DNA of 64,000 bases. It comes from Haliotis rufescens (lineage: Eukaryota). Location: NCBI RefSeq assembly GCF_023055435.1, contig NW_025963784.1:62001-126000 (forward strand), in the 5' to 3' direction. Position 1 is the first letter of the stretch; every line of letters begins with the position of its first letter. Shown in pieces: positions 13,357 to 27,000 of this stretch. The notes beneath the pieces were generated by a model. The model saw only the letters and a program-made list of their open reading frames with translations, did no database searches and had not been told where the DNA came from. A program made the position numbers and the translations under genes.

Positions 13357-14665
13357 ATCGTAAGCCGTTATAAACATTATCCAGTCTTGTATCCAGTCAA
13401 CAAAGTCAGTTGTAGACAATGCCAGGGATAGAAAAGGTTGAATAATGCATACCACGTTTACGGTAGCTTGTCAAAGGGAGGCAACTCTGTTTTCAGATAT
13501 TATGTTAGCATTTGATACGGAAGTTATTCTGACGAAACTTGGATACTGTGGGTAAAAAGCTGACAGGCGTATTGTCAATAGAGGCATCACCTGTAGTTGT
13601 TCGTACTGGGCTTAAATGACTTTGTGTCTGAATGTGGCAAATGTACGTAATAATGACGAAAGGTATAATGAAATGAAGTGCACTGATGTTTGAACAGCTT
13701 TAAATGTTCTGTTTTGTGTTGAACTCATTTTCCAGAATGGAAATAGTATTTTCCTGTTTTAAATCATACCATGAAGCAAATTTGTTCTTCACCTCATGTA
13801 CATGAAATTTTGATCTTTTGATCACCACAACCATTGTACCTGTAACCTATTGTTCAGGTTGTGAGAAAGGGAGAGAAAACGTATACCCTTACTTGTGCTG
13901 TTTCTAGTGATATAAACAGAGGGACGGTTTGAATATTTGAAACGATGTACAATATGAAGGTTGTATAGCACTGTGATCGAATTACGAATTACGAATACGA
14001 TTACTGACTTGAATAATCAGTTTTTTATTCAATTTAATTAAGACAGTTTGTGAATTTCTGACTAATTTATCATTGCTATCACTGTGAGGTGGAGGTATTT
14101 GAATTCGTCAGAGATGTTTGTATGGATAAGAGCGACAAAACCCTTTACATAATCACAAGAAATCTCTGTTGTAAGCAGACTCCATTTTACGATTCTGACT
14201 TTATTAAAAGCATCACTATCAACTGTCATTATTTCCGGGAGATATTTCACATGTAAAATCGAAATCGTAGCATTCTAAATTCAATAAATATAAAACGTCA
14301 ACGCCAGAGAATAACCAGTCTCGGATATCCACCGAAACACATTCCATTGGGTGTAAAAGGCAACGAGCGGCGAAAACTATGGGAATGGATTATTGATGAC
14401 ACCACGTCTTGTGAAAGTGTACGCATGTCCTGCCCAACCGGTAGGAGCCGCCATTGGTACAATCTGACTCCACGTGTTCTTGGGGTAAACTTGCAAATGC
14501 AGAAAACACAAAGAAACAATGACTTGATAAATATATAGATTTCCCAAACATGATGACTGATTATATGCAATATCTCTGAACAAGCTAAAGGTATGACGGT
14601 AGCCATTTTAGAAATCATAAAAACACAGTTTCATTTCTTGTAATATTTCTCCGACCGAGTTGCAA

Positions 14666-15582
14666 TTACACTGACAAGGAGGACCGCAGCTGCAGGATGT
14701 TGAGAATGTCCTCCCATTCGATCGTGCATCTCTCTTTACATGTCCAGAGTACTTTGACCAGGACCAGATAGGTGGCCGAACTGCCATTCCACTGCTTCCA
14801 TTAAGTGAGCATAATCAAGACCTGCATATACATTGAACATGGGTGTGCAACTTTGCCATGTTGGATAGCCACAATGCTGAGCCCAAGTTCAATCCCGACA
14901 TGCTCAAAGCCGATCCCGATATGTCTCGCAACAAGTCCGAGATCTTGTGGAGTTACAGGAGTCTTCAGTCTCTCGTTCACACGACGTGTTGAACCTACAC
15001 ACAAATCTGTATTACTTGACGTAACGCCAAAATCACCACATATAAACAGGTTCTGTTTATTGTTTGATTGATATGTGATATCGAATTAACGTATCTCAAA
15101 TACTGATCGATAATCATCATTACAAAATGACAGAAAAAGAAACTGTGTATATCCTCTGATATACGTTTATGTCGTCAAAATAATGACCACAAAGTTTATA
15201 GTAATACTGAACAAATGGGATATATAACCAAATTTCTGAAATTAAATTTTTCAAATTGAGACGTTCAATGTCTTACACAATTATCTTTTTAAAATGGGAA
15301 TTTAACGCACCTCTCCCTATGTTCTGATGGATGCAATACTCGATCAGCTCGTTGTTCGACTGGTGCATTCTCTAGAACGAAAAGCACACAATATCACGTT
15401 GGTCAATAGCTCTGTTACTGTATATCCACTATTAAGCATACAAAATGCACTAAGCTGAGGATTGAATTCTGTGTACATGTTATATTACTGCTAGCTTAAG
15501 TGTATAAACATCTTCATAGAAGAAAGTTATTAAGACGTACCTGATACTGAAGTCCTGAGAAGCACGAGACTAGATTCCCCAT
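14666..15582 (-). pseudogene. Acylated death-domain-only gene, type A, with nonsense mutation (exons 15582-15541, 15371-15311, 14994-14666)
   Basis: MGNLVSCFSGLQYQ / RMHQSNNELIEYCIHQNIGR / GSTRRVNERL..; GT-AG sites and phases 0/1 fit; TAA at 14803-14801 where the paralog has AAA (TKW). Confidence 0.8.
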
Positions 15583-15680
15583 GTTGTCTGTATCTAACTT
15601 TATATGACGCCGAAGTGCACTACTCTGTTTGTTGAACCTACCTGACTGAATCAAGACCTCTCAGCTACATGTGAGCAATA

Positions 15681-15691
15681 GGGGAATCCCC
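15681..15691. promoter_or_regulatory. NF-kB/Rel-type site GGGGAATCCCC
   Basis: Matches GGGRNNYYCC; 99 bp upstream of the DD ATG at 15582; position conserved in paralogs. Confidence 0.65.
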
Positions 15692-17934
15692 TGTACCAGG
15701 TTGGACACAACTTCTCTCTCGATCCAAGGCTTCAATCAAGGATTTCGGATTTACGGATTTTCGTATTTACACTGACGGCGTGCGTCAAACTGATGTGTAA
15801 TGAGAACCACATTACAAAAGCCCTATATCAGGGGATACTGCTTGTCATGTGTGTTAAGTGTGGTGTGAGAGACTGTGAACAACCTTCATAAACAATCCAC
15901 ACGACAATAGTGTTGGAAAATAAAAACACAAGGTTGGAATGCCGTTATAAAGCTGAGGGATAAGATAACCCCCAATGTCACGGGATCAGTGAAGAAATTA
16001 AGGATGCAATATTCTCTTTTCAAACAGTGTAAAAGCTGCTTTTTCACAACATTTGAGATTGGCTAACGTGTATTGGTATTAATAGTGAAAAGGTAAGTGA
16101 AAAAAAAATCATGTATATTTGATACTGAGATAATGTTCGTCAAGTTTGTAAATCAAATACGAAGCCATTCATAGAGGGAAGGATTGTATGTTGCTGAATA
16201 TGGGACACAAAAGTCGGATTTTCGGAGTTAGGAGTTCATTAGGCAAATTAGTCTTTAACTTCTTTGATAGGCATTTAGAAGTTGGAGTACTAAAAAGGAT
16301 ACAAATTTATGGATGAACAACTTCTTTATTACAATTAAGAGCGACGTTTCGGTGTAGGTTCTAACACTTGCTTGATAATTGTTATAAAGAAGTTGTTCAT
16401 CCATAAATTATTATCCTTACTTAATGTAGCCTTTGGCTGAAGTGAACATATGAGGGAACAGTCACTTCATTCTTTCTCCACTAAGCCCAGCTGTTCAGTC
16501 ACTAATAGATTCCTCCCTTTCTAGGATACATGCATGACATGTTCATGTTGCGACGAAGAAAATAGACATGGGAATATGGTCTCAAATGAAATAAAAAATG
16601 GATATTTTGAGAGTTTGTTTTGGTACAGTGTATCCCATTGATGTAAGCTTTAAACATATATTATAATTATAGTAGCATCTTTGAAGGTATTAATATAAAT
16701 AGTCAAACATCGTTAAAGAGAGATACGTAAATACTAAGAGTTATCCGAGGTTTGACGCAACTGAAAATAAATAAAGATAGAATACGCAGGGACCAATGTT
16801 TTACTTCGAGACAAACGTAAGTTCGACACACCAAAGTTCGACACAACGGTGTCTGATTGCACGTATCTATTGATCTTGATATAACCCTACAAAATGAATA
16901 TATTAAACAGAATGTCTTTGGCAGGGTAAGTCAAAAATAAAAATAAATATTGTATTTAAGACCTATGGTATTATTTGTGAAGTGCGTCAAATGTAGGACA
17001 TACGTCGGCGTTGTTAATATTTAATACTGGCTCATATAAATAGAAAGCTTTTTTTAAAGAAACACGTTTATGTCTACATATAAACTTCTCTTGAGTCGTA
17101 TATAGGTAAAGGAGAACCCGAATCTTGTGGTCCTTAAAGTTTTATAAGAATATGTCAATCTGTGCATTAATGATGTGCACTGGCCTTAAGAATGTGATCA
17201 CACTTTCTGCATTACTAGACCTGTCGCAAGCTGTCATCCATTATGCCTGCGAACTACTACTTGATAAGTATGTGAATAGAATCAAGCGCCAAAACCCTTT
17301 CCAAATTCACTAGAAAATGTCTGTTAAAATCAATCAGAGTCGATTGCACGATTCCAACCAGGAAATAAACTACCAAATAGCATACAGCTGTTTCAATGGC
17401 AGTAGGTTCCTGTCAGTTCAATATTTAGGGTCGAGATGAAGGGATTCGGTAATTAAGTGTTGCATTGAGTGGGTGTGAAAGTTAGCGTTTTGTGAGAGGC
17501 AGTTCTTTCGTTACGTTAGTTTCAGTTTCCGGATTTTCGGATTACGGATTACGTTTAGGGCAAATCTCTTCACAACTCGCTCAATCTTCCGCTAATATCA
17601 CAAGAGGCAGAAAGACAAGTTCTTACAAAGGGCATCGTAGCAGTTTATTTACAACATTTATTCTGAAAGACATACAAATACAATCACAATGTATCATATA
17701 CGGAAAATATATAACTGTACATATGACGAGCGTTCAGTTCTATACAGAAATAGATGGTAGTCCCTGAAGCATGGTTGAGTGTTCAGTGCAGCACTAGCAC
17801 GAGGAAAGAAAAAATAAGGCATGATTTTACTACATGTTGTTGCGGAAACTCAGTGAAACATACTTATATCCCCACTCGCGTGTTCACAGCAATAAAGCCA
17901 GAGGGTGTACTCCACAGTAATATTCCCGCCCTGA

Positions 17935-18281
17935 TTACCCAGACGTAGATGCTGGTGACAGCAGGATGTTGAGAATGTCCTCCCACTCAATGGTACAGCT
18001 GTCATTGCATCTCCACAATGCTCTGACAAGGACCAGTCCTGTGGCAGATCTTCCGTTTTTCTCCTTCCACTTGGTAAGCATGTGTACAACTTGCATATAT
18101 AGTGAACATGGATGTGCAAAAGTCACTTGTTCGATAACCACGAGAGTAAGTCCAAGTTCGATGCCAACAGACTCGAACCCGATCCCGATGTGACTTGCAA
18201 CAAGGCTGAGATCTCGTCCAGATACAGGAGTATCCAACATCTCGTCATTTACAGCATATGCTTGGTTCGGGTGTCTTGGCC
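17935..18281 (-). pseudogene. Death-domain exon, type B, orphaned by deletion of exons 1-2 and promoter
   Basis: Open 347-nt exon paralogous to 52152-52498; at about 18340 the sequence jumps from the equivalent of about 52556 to about 53530. Confidence 0.7.
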
Positions 18282-18929
18282 CTACAACATTAAACTCACA
18301 ATAAACTACCTATTTACTTGTGTACATTGTGTTTGATAGGCATGGGTAAAATACTTGTGCCGGAAGTATAAACACTTGCCATCAGTCGTGTGTGTATAGC
18401 AATTTGGAAGTTGGAAGACAACTTCTTTCCCGTTCATCTTGCCAGGTGAAAGGAGAAGAAGTAGCCCTGAAATAGAGAAGTTGTAATCGATAAGAGTTTT
18501 ATGTCTGTTTGGATCATTCTTGCACGCAAGTGATATCGATACTAGTCTTCTCTGGGCCATCTGTCTTGTTCAGGTGCAGTAAATAATACACTTGTTTAAG
18601 TTTATTCAGTTAATTGTTCACGTTGGCTTTCATCAGATAAGTGTTGGAAGCCTACGCCGTAATATGATCAATTAGATCAAACCGGTCTATCACACTAAAA
18701 ATCATCGATCCGAAAATCCGACAAAAAGCTAAAAATACATGTCGCTAGAGGAGCTGTACATACCTGATTGTGTACATTGTGTGAGTGTTTTGAGGGAAGG
18801 TTGGTTGGATATATGATGTCTTTCTCCAGTTGATCACAGTACAAAGAAACAGTTATGTTGCTGTGCTGATAAGGAAATGACATACTATGAGTTCGCGGGT
18901 AGTGTCAGTAGGGGGTGTATACGATTTTA

Positions 18930-19948
18930 TCATATAATGGGTAGGTTTCTCGGCAGGATAAAGCCAACGGATAAAAACGATATCCGTTGGGGTCATATGC
19001 GGATAGAGATGCAAATATCAAAGGTCAAGTAGGGACTACTTTCACTGTTTATAAACAAACATGGCGTCGCACTCGTCATTCGGCGATCGAGTCAGAATTA
19101 ACCATCGGGAATCTGGATTAACTACAGCGATAATTGCTATCATTATCAAAAGAACAGTCTAATATACTGAAAATCTGTGTCTCACTGTGACGCAACTAAG
19201 GCATTTTATAAGTTTTGGCAACTTTGGAGATATAAATTTCGAAACAATTTGGCGAGGGCACGAGGCCTTGCCAAGCGGGATCAGTAGCCATATCTGTGCA
19301 TGTAGACCTCTGCGGCTTGAAACCTTCTCCACAAATTAAAATAGTTGGATTTGACGGGAATATGTTTGAATTGTTACCTTGTTTCGTTTTGTCGCTGTGT
19401 GTACATATGAGTACACTTCTTATCGTTATGACAGGACAGACCGACTGTCAACAACGTCTGACCGTGGCCGTGACGTCTCATAGACTAGGGTTAGAGTAGC
19501 TTCCCTTTGACAAAGGGCAGTTACTCTAGCGGACAGACCGATGGATTGCCGCGAAAGGCAATTAAAAACAATTGTTGTTTTGCGTATATGTTGCTTCGCC
19601 ACTGTATAAGAAACAGATTTCAGTTGGAACTATATTGGCTACTGTCACTGTCCGACTGACACATCACTTACCCTGTGACGTAATAAATATTAATGCGCGC
19701 ATTCCAGGAAAACTCGCAATGTTTTGGTAATATTTGTGAGAAAGGGAAAGCGATTTTGAAGCACAGAATTAAAGAATGACATTATATGATAAAGAGGTTA
19801 TCACGCTTGTGTGTTTGGGGATGGTAAATATCCTGAATTAGGAATAAACACTATGTATTTAGCTCGCCAAGGCTCGCTAAATACAATGTTTATTCCTAAT
19901 GCAGGATATTTACCATCCCCAAACACACTCGCGTGATAACCTCTATTT
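18930..19948. mobile_element. About 1-kb insertion ending in a 152-bp hairpin
   Basis: Absent from the paralogous site near 54690; long inverted repeat at 19793-19944. Confidence 0.6.
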
Positions 19949-19949
19949 A

Positions 19950-20519
19950 CGTGCTGAATGGGCTTGAAAATATGAAGAAGAAATGAGTGGAAATATGAGC
20001 AGTGATGTAGATTGTTATATTGAGGAAATGATATAACAAGTTGTCTACATTCAAATGTCTCATCATATAAGTGTGCATCATATAAGTGTGCACAAAACAC
20101 TTGAACTTGTGTAGTTGTCAATAGTGCATAAGATAACCAGGCAGTGATCAATACGTAGTGTAAAATTGACTTCCGCCAGAATAGATATAAATGATGTCTC
20201 ACTGAGACATGAGTGCATAACGAAGAACTTCCTTTGAACTAATTGTCTAGTGGAACGTTCTACTGTTTGATTGATGTCGATGTGCATGGGAAGAAGTTCC
20301 GTCACCTCGCATCTACTCCCGATATATCCCGCGAAGACTGAGGGATCATGTATAGTTAAAATTCTGTTCATTATTATAAAAGGAATATCTGCTAAAACCT
20401 AATCTTCATCAGCTGAAGTGGAATATGCAGAATGGTTATAGTATACAACAATGTACGATTATCCCAGATAAACTCAATATTTTATGGTCAATATATCGTA
20501 CCCACGTTACACAGGCGAA
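19950..20519 (+). pseudogene. Degenerate exon-like block of unknown family (paralogs about 49575-50115, 54695-55276, partial 61100-61350)
   Basis: Conserved among copies, ends at a shared GAA|GT donor-like site, many stops and frameshifts; no product recognised. Confidence 0.35.
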
Positions 20520-22246
20520 GTAAGCATCAGAACAATTGTCAGATATCAAGTAATTGGTGATTGAATAAATTATACATTTGAACTATGGGACAGAAATGTT
20601 ACCCGTAAGTGTATCTGGTTTGAACGTACAATGACTGATTGAAGGTGTCGCGTTTTCGGACCAATGAAGTGAAATTTTCCATTTACAATGAAAATATATT
20701 TACCTTCTCGTGTACCATGACACAGGCTTACTTGAATGGCTTGACGAACGACTACGTCGGGTTCGATTCTCAACATGACAATAACGTTTAAGTTTATGCA
20801 CTTGTGGTATGTGGATATAATAAATTAAACTGACTTACATTACGAGCAAAACATGTTAAAAACCTTGGTATCACGACTGCATAAAAAACAGTGGTTACAT
20901 TTATTATTCTGTTTCGTGTGAGAATTATACATCACCTGTGGTATGGGGTACTCTGTTAAAAGTTAAATTGTTACTAAATAGTAAAGCGGATGGTACGTTT
21001 CAAGACTTTCGGATTTTCGGACTACCGTCAAAAGGCTTATTGCAAGGAAATGAATGGCGTTACGAATAAGTTCTGATTACTGTTTGCAAACACTTGAATA
21101 AGTTTTTTTATCACTGTGAGGTGGAAGTATTATAAGCCTCCGGCTCGTGGTATTTAACATAGGGCGGGACGCATAAAACAACATGAACCCCTCGTGGTAC
21201 TGCTAAAACGAATTTATCTAACTGACATGTTTTAATTTGCACTTGTTAAAGAATTGAAGCAAATTCAAAATTGATAGAAAACAGATGTTCGATTGAGCTG
21301 AGGATAGCTTGTGCTATGTCACGCGACTATCACTGACTCGGAAAAAGCGTGCGGCTTTTTGCTTCGAAGCGGGGTTGAAGGGATTCATTCTCCCGCTCAA
21401 TGATCACGTGATGCCTGTCTTCTTCGTGGCGGGGTATAAGCGATTATTCTCCCGCTGAGACATTTATGTTCCACACAGGCAGAATGCATAGTATTTTATC
21501 AAGATCACGTGAACCAATCATATATCAACATTTTGAAATGGAGATATGATGGAACAGAACAGAGAATAATTAGAAATATCTGCCAAACGTAACGCAGATT
21601 TTTCGAATCTGACTTTATCATAAGTATGTGTTATTTGATGCAGTGTCAACTTAACTTGGAGGAAAACTATAGCGCAGATCATTCACGTTTACCACTTTGG
21701 CAGAACCTCCGATCATGGGTATGTTTCTAACAAACCAACAATCATAATCAGCACAAATCTGGGATTCGAACTCACAATCATAGGATTTCGTCACGCTGAT
21801 TATGTACAGCTATCTGCAACGCATCAGACTACTAAGACACCACCTTGAGTCGTGGAAACGAAGTGTTGGATATGTGACAAATCATTGTTGTTCGCATTAC
21901 CGAGTTCATCACGGTAGTGTATGTTCCTTCCGATTCAAGTTAACTGAAATATGATAAAACACAAGACTGCGATCTTTCATTATTCTTTGTATATTTCTGA
22001 GCGATATTTCACAGATCAAATGGAATCCAAAGCATTCCGAATTTAGTATTTCATATTATTACACAGGCAAGACAGGGAGCGGAAAAATCCCCCGATAGGT
22101 GTGGTAACTATATATATTTGCTATACATGAAGGCAAATCACATAGCCACTTTTACCTCGACACATCCGATCGCTGTACAGGAGGGGTGATATCGATATCA
22201 AAATATCATGATTCCACCATTTATTGTATGTTTATTATTACTGAGA

Positions 22247-22434
22247 TTACAGGGACTGCAGGATGTTGAGAATGTCCTCCCATTCAATCGTGCATCTCTC
22301 TTTACATGTCCAGAGTGCTTTGACCAGGACCAGATAGGTGGCCGAACTGCCATTCCACTGCTTCCATATCGTGAGCATAAATCAAGATCTGCATATACAT
22401 TGAACATTGGTGTGCAACTCTGCCCTGTTGAATA
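22247..22434 (-). pseudogene. 3' half of a type A death-domain exon, frameshifted
   Basis: QQGRVAHQCSMYMQIL then frameshift (gcataaatc vs gcataatc) to WKQWNGSSATYLVLVKALWTCKERCTIEWEDILNILQSL*; 5' half missing. Confidence 0.8.
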
Positions 22435-23227
22435 GAGCCTAGGCTATAGAGGAAAATACATTGTCTGTCTGTCTGTTCCAGTTGTTTGTATCTGCAACCC
22501 AACAATTAATTGAGGAGTTGATGGCTTCCGCATACCTAACAGTCATCATAAGTTGGGAGAGCGTTTTCGTATCTCACATGACTCCGGTGCAGGTGAGGAT
22601 TTGGCTGACAGCCGTTCCTTGATGAAACTAATACGTAACACCTGATCACGAACTGCACATGCCCCTTTGACAACCACGGTACAGTGTTTGAACCGATCTA
22701 GGTCCGAACATCCGACAAACGTCAACCATGCAAGACTATAAATATATGTCACTACACGGATTGACATACCGGCGTATATACATTGTAGCAGTGACTGGCA
22801 AAAGGTTCGTTGGAGTTATGATGTCACACTCAAGTGGTTTTCGTACACTATGACACCGATTGATGTTAAAATTAAAGGTAGGGTGCCGTTCCACAATATA
22901 TAATTGTCAATGCACGAGAATAAATAATTTTATGTATGAATGTACCACTGAAAATCAATGATGACACCAGGTGTTTACTTTTCGTATTTGAAAGTCAGAT
23001 TGAAACAAATTTCAATATCGAACGGAGCTGAAACAATGTTGATACAATGATTTTCAAGTAAGCAAACTCAGATCAACCAAATTTCAACATTAGAACAATG
23101 ACAATGCTGGGATACTTCAGTGGAGGTAGACATTATTATAAAGTATGAATATCTGTGTTAGTTTGGGTACAGGTGATTATGAAAATTGTAAAAACACATC
23201 CTCGGTGACGTGTAGTTCATTTTGTCA

Positions 23228-23393
23228 GGGGGCGGTCGGGTAGCCTAGTGGTTAAAGCGTTCGCTCGTCACGCCGAAGACCCGGGTTCGATTCCTGACAT
23301 GGGTACAATATGTGAAGCCATGTGCTGGTGTCCCCCGCCGTGATATTGCTGGAATATTGCTAAAAGCGGCGTAAAACCATACTCACTCACTCA
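23228..23393 (+). mobile_element. tRNA-derived SINE with (CTCA)n tail
   Basis: A box TAGCCTAGTGG, B box GGTTCGATTCC, non-tRNA body; absent at the paralogous site near 1920; second copy 45158-45329. Confidence 0.85.
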
Positions 23394-24000
23394 TTCTCTC
23401 AGTGAGCATAGGTTGAACCAGGCAATAAAGGTTTCTTACTCAGTAACAATTCTCTAGTCATGTCGCTAGACAACAACATTGTAATTTGTAATATTTTGTT
23501 ATATTTTGATCAAGACTTGATTTGAAACCACAATAAAGTATGTATATTAGGTGGATTCACCTGATCACGAAGACTGACGCTTTTTTGGATTGTTACTCGG
23601 ACATGTACAATGCTCATCTTGAAATATGGTCACACAGTGTACTGCAGAAATAATGCAGGGTAATAACAAATATCATCATTTAACGTCGTTTGGTAAAACG
23701 CGGCCGGGGCTCGAACCACCTATTTTCCTGGGCAGACTCGCTTTATTTTTCCCCGCAAGCCACACACAGAACAACAAACCAATAACAGAAAGTCCCCTGC
23801 GGTACAAGGAGAGACGTTTATGACGCCCTGAGGCGTTATAACAATACCAACACTGATACGTAGACAAATACAGGGTATATAAGAATATTCATGCTTGGAT
23901 GTAGTTCAGCATATAACCTTTTGTCATCTACAGGTTCAAGTGAACAACCGATTATTTATCACGCCTGTGTGACTCATGTGACTATTAATAACTTGACAAA

Positions 24001-27000
24001 ATGGCGCCTAATCCGAAACCACCCGAGCCTTACCGGACAGGGAGAACATCAGCCCTTAAAGTGGAGGAAATTGTTAACATTCTGAGGAGTCGGGATGAGA
24101 GCAAGACCATCCAGACTGCCCCCGCCACACCCCATGGAGGGGAGGTGTACCTCTATAAGATAACCTCGGGAATGAGAGAAGGTGAGGCAGTTGTGTTCAG
24201 GCTTAATATTACCATGAGTCAGGGATTAATACATATGAACAATGTTAATATTTCATGGAAAGCTGATATTATTTTTTACACAATTTGAATTCATTGGGGT
24301 TGTTAAGTACACATGACCAATGTCCTCAAAGCCACATTCATATACATGTACGTTATTAGTAATAGTCTGCTTGACGTCGGGGTCACCCTGCCCTGGTATC
24401 AGCTTCCTTGTACAGCCCTGTGATAACCGGTTTTATGTTTGCTAATATTGTTGACAAGTGATAGTCGTGCAAATAAGTGACTACGTGAATTAAGTTTATT
24501 TGTCTGTATCATCATCAAAACGACTTCTTTTACTTATGTTCTATCTTTGTTTTTCTATTTACTCTTTCCATCCCCTCTACAACAATTGTGTACTTAAATA
24601 ATGAACATTGTTTGATGTCAACTAGTAGAAAATCCATTGTTGGATTAATCAATATTGGCTAAACAAGAATCAAGCATCGTGTTGCATCTCAGAGAAGGAA
24701 AAAAGGACATGGTATTTATCATCACAACCTCTAATACAACATATTTATGCATGACCTTACAGCTGATTTGGCATTAAGGTGGGTTGATTTTAGAGTTATG
24801 TTACACTATTGACTGTTCACAGTTTTATTAATTAACATCTACATCACAGGTGACACACTAACACACAAAGAATTTTGAGGGATAGTTCATCTTCAGGATT
24901 ACAACATTGTTTGCAATGTTATGATATTAATTTCTATTTGCAGATATCTGGAAGGATGACAAATATCACTTCAGAAGTGATGGAACTCGGAAGCAGCCTG
25001 GCTTAAGTCCAGTCATAGTGAAGCAGTACCACAAGGCTTACACCGAGGACAAGGCGACAACAAGGGCCTTTGTCAGAGAAGCATCGTATCTGTACAACCA
25101 GCCTCTGAAACACGTCCTAGTGCAATATATCGGGGACCACACACAAGCACAGCCTGCTCCCCAACGCAAGAAGCGTGGTCAACAGACAGTTAATACCTCA
25201 GGTGACAGTAAATGTAGGAAAGTAGAATCAACTGGTAGAGCTGTGCAGTCGGGGGTCACGGAGAACACTAACTCCAACCTGGACCCTGAAGTTCATTCAT
25301 CACCGACAGAATTGGAAAATAACGGTAAATCAAACACTATTCTAGGTGTAACATTGAATGAAGCAAAGGTGTCAGAGACCGAAACAAAGAATGATCATGA
25401 CACAAATCAGAAACGCTGCAGGTCAGGAGATCATAGAAGTGATGATGACATTGAATATTTGGGTACAACGTCAGGCTCCCCTGTCAAGAAACCTCGTTTG
25501 CAGCCTCAGGTTGACAATGACAACACAGTTGCAACCTGTGTCACTAACACACCCTACGTTTATCTGTACACATTTCTAGAAGAAGTAGAAAGGAATCGTG
25601 ATGTGATAAAGGTCGTGCAACATGTCCTAGCATTATCTAGGTTCTGGAACAAGGACTGTACCAACAAAGGCAATCCGTGCTTGTCACTCATTGAAGAGGT
25701 CGACAAGAACTGGAATCTAGATGCAATTAAAGCAAGGAACTGGGTTAAATGTGCTGTTAATACTGACGGTCTGAGCTGGAACCAAGACGGTTCAGTTTAC
25801 ATAAAGCTCATCGCAGCAGTACTTGTTGGAGCATGTCATACCAGAACTGAAGTTTACGACTTTGTGAAAACACTGAAGGATCCTCCTTCACACCTGCAGC
25901 ATGTACAAGAGGACGTCCCCCTGTCACGTGACTGTACATACACAGTTGGCTGCTACACCATCAGAGGAGATGTTCTGTCTCGCCTGGAAACCAACGAGTG
26001 GCTGACAGATGAAGTAAGTAGTCCACCTGCAATATTTACACAATCACACAAACTACATGCCTAGTTAACCATCCAAGAAAATCATTTCATAGAGCATGGG
26101 AGGCTTTCGATTTCATCAAATGATGTTAGTATTAGATATAAACTGGAGGCGTGAGGGTGGTGAGTTGTTCAGTCACCTAATACTCATTGATAGTGCCTTG
26201 AGGTAGGCGTGGTGTCATGGTGCGTTGGATTAAATTATGAAGAAAGTAATGCACATCTTTGACGTTAACCACTTTGTTGATTCCCATGGTGAATCTGCAT
26301 AGCGAAATGCGGCGCCTTGGACCACTGAGACCCCATCTTAAGATTAATACAGCAACTTTTGGCGGTTTCTTCTTGTTACACCAGTATTAGTTAACTATCA
26401 ATTCATATAATGGTGCTAATTATCAACTCATTGCCATGCATCTCGATTCTGCAATGATGGCACTACTCACCTGCAATGGGCATTGTACACAAAATCTAGT
26501 ACATCACCAGTCAAATTGTCAGTCATTGCTAACAGCCGATATATTCTCTTCATGATGAATATGTGATGTGCAGCGGATCCTGCTTTGATTTGAAATTACA
26601 AGCGTTCCTTTTGAAGCAAACGCATTTGGCGATTAAACAGTATAATAAACATTCTAATAAATGAACTCTTTCCTGTCCAGATCATGGACATATACCTGCA
26701 CCTCCTGGAGAGAGAGTGGTGTTCCCGTGTCAGCTTCCACTGTCTGGTGCTGCCTACAGAGACAATCCTACTGTGGGAGGCAGGACAGTACACAGACAGA
26801 ATAAGGGGGAAAGATGTGAGTGACGTGAGATTTTTATATTTCTTATAATTCTTTCATTCTGAGTGTACCATTGCATGTCCACCCTACCAAGAACAAGGGC
26901 AAGACTCGAAAGATACTTTGTAATAATTGTATGTTTTTTGTGATAACATATGATTCGTCTATGCCATGATTGCGTATTCGGCATGCTAGAAGTTGTCACT

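Larger units (their letters stand above)
1815..17015 (+). repeat. Segmental duplication, copy 1 (ANK/protease gene plus convergent death-domain gene); paralog of about 23115-44778
   Basis: Colinear similarity from cttcagtggaagtagaca (1815 vs 23115) through exons, introns, LINE/SINE remnants and the DD gene to gtcggcgttgtt (about 17015 vs 44778). Boundaries approximate. Confidence 0.85.

Noticed and set aside
23228-23300. Possible tRNA-Asp gene
   Set aside because: No proper acceptor stem; runs into a SINE body and tail; polymorphic between the duplicates.
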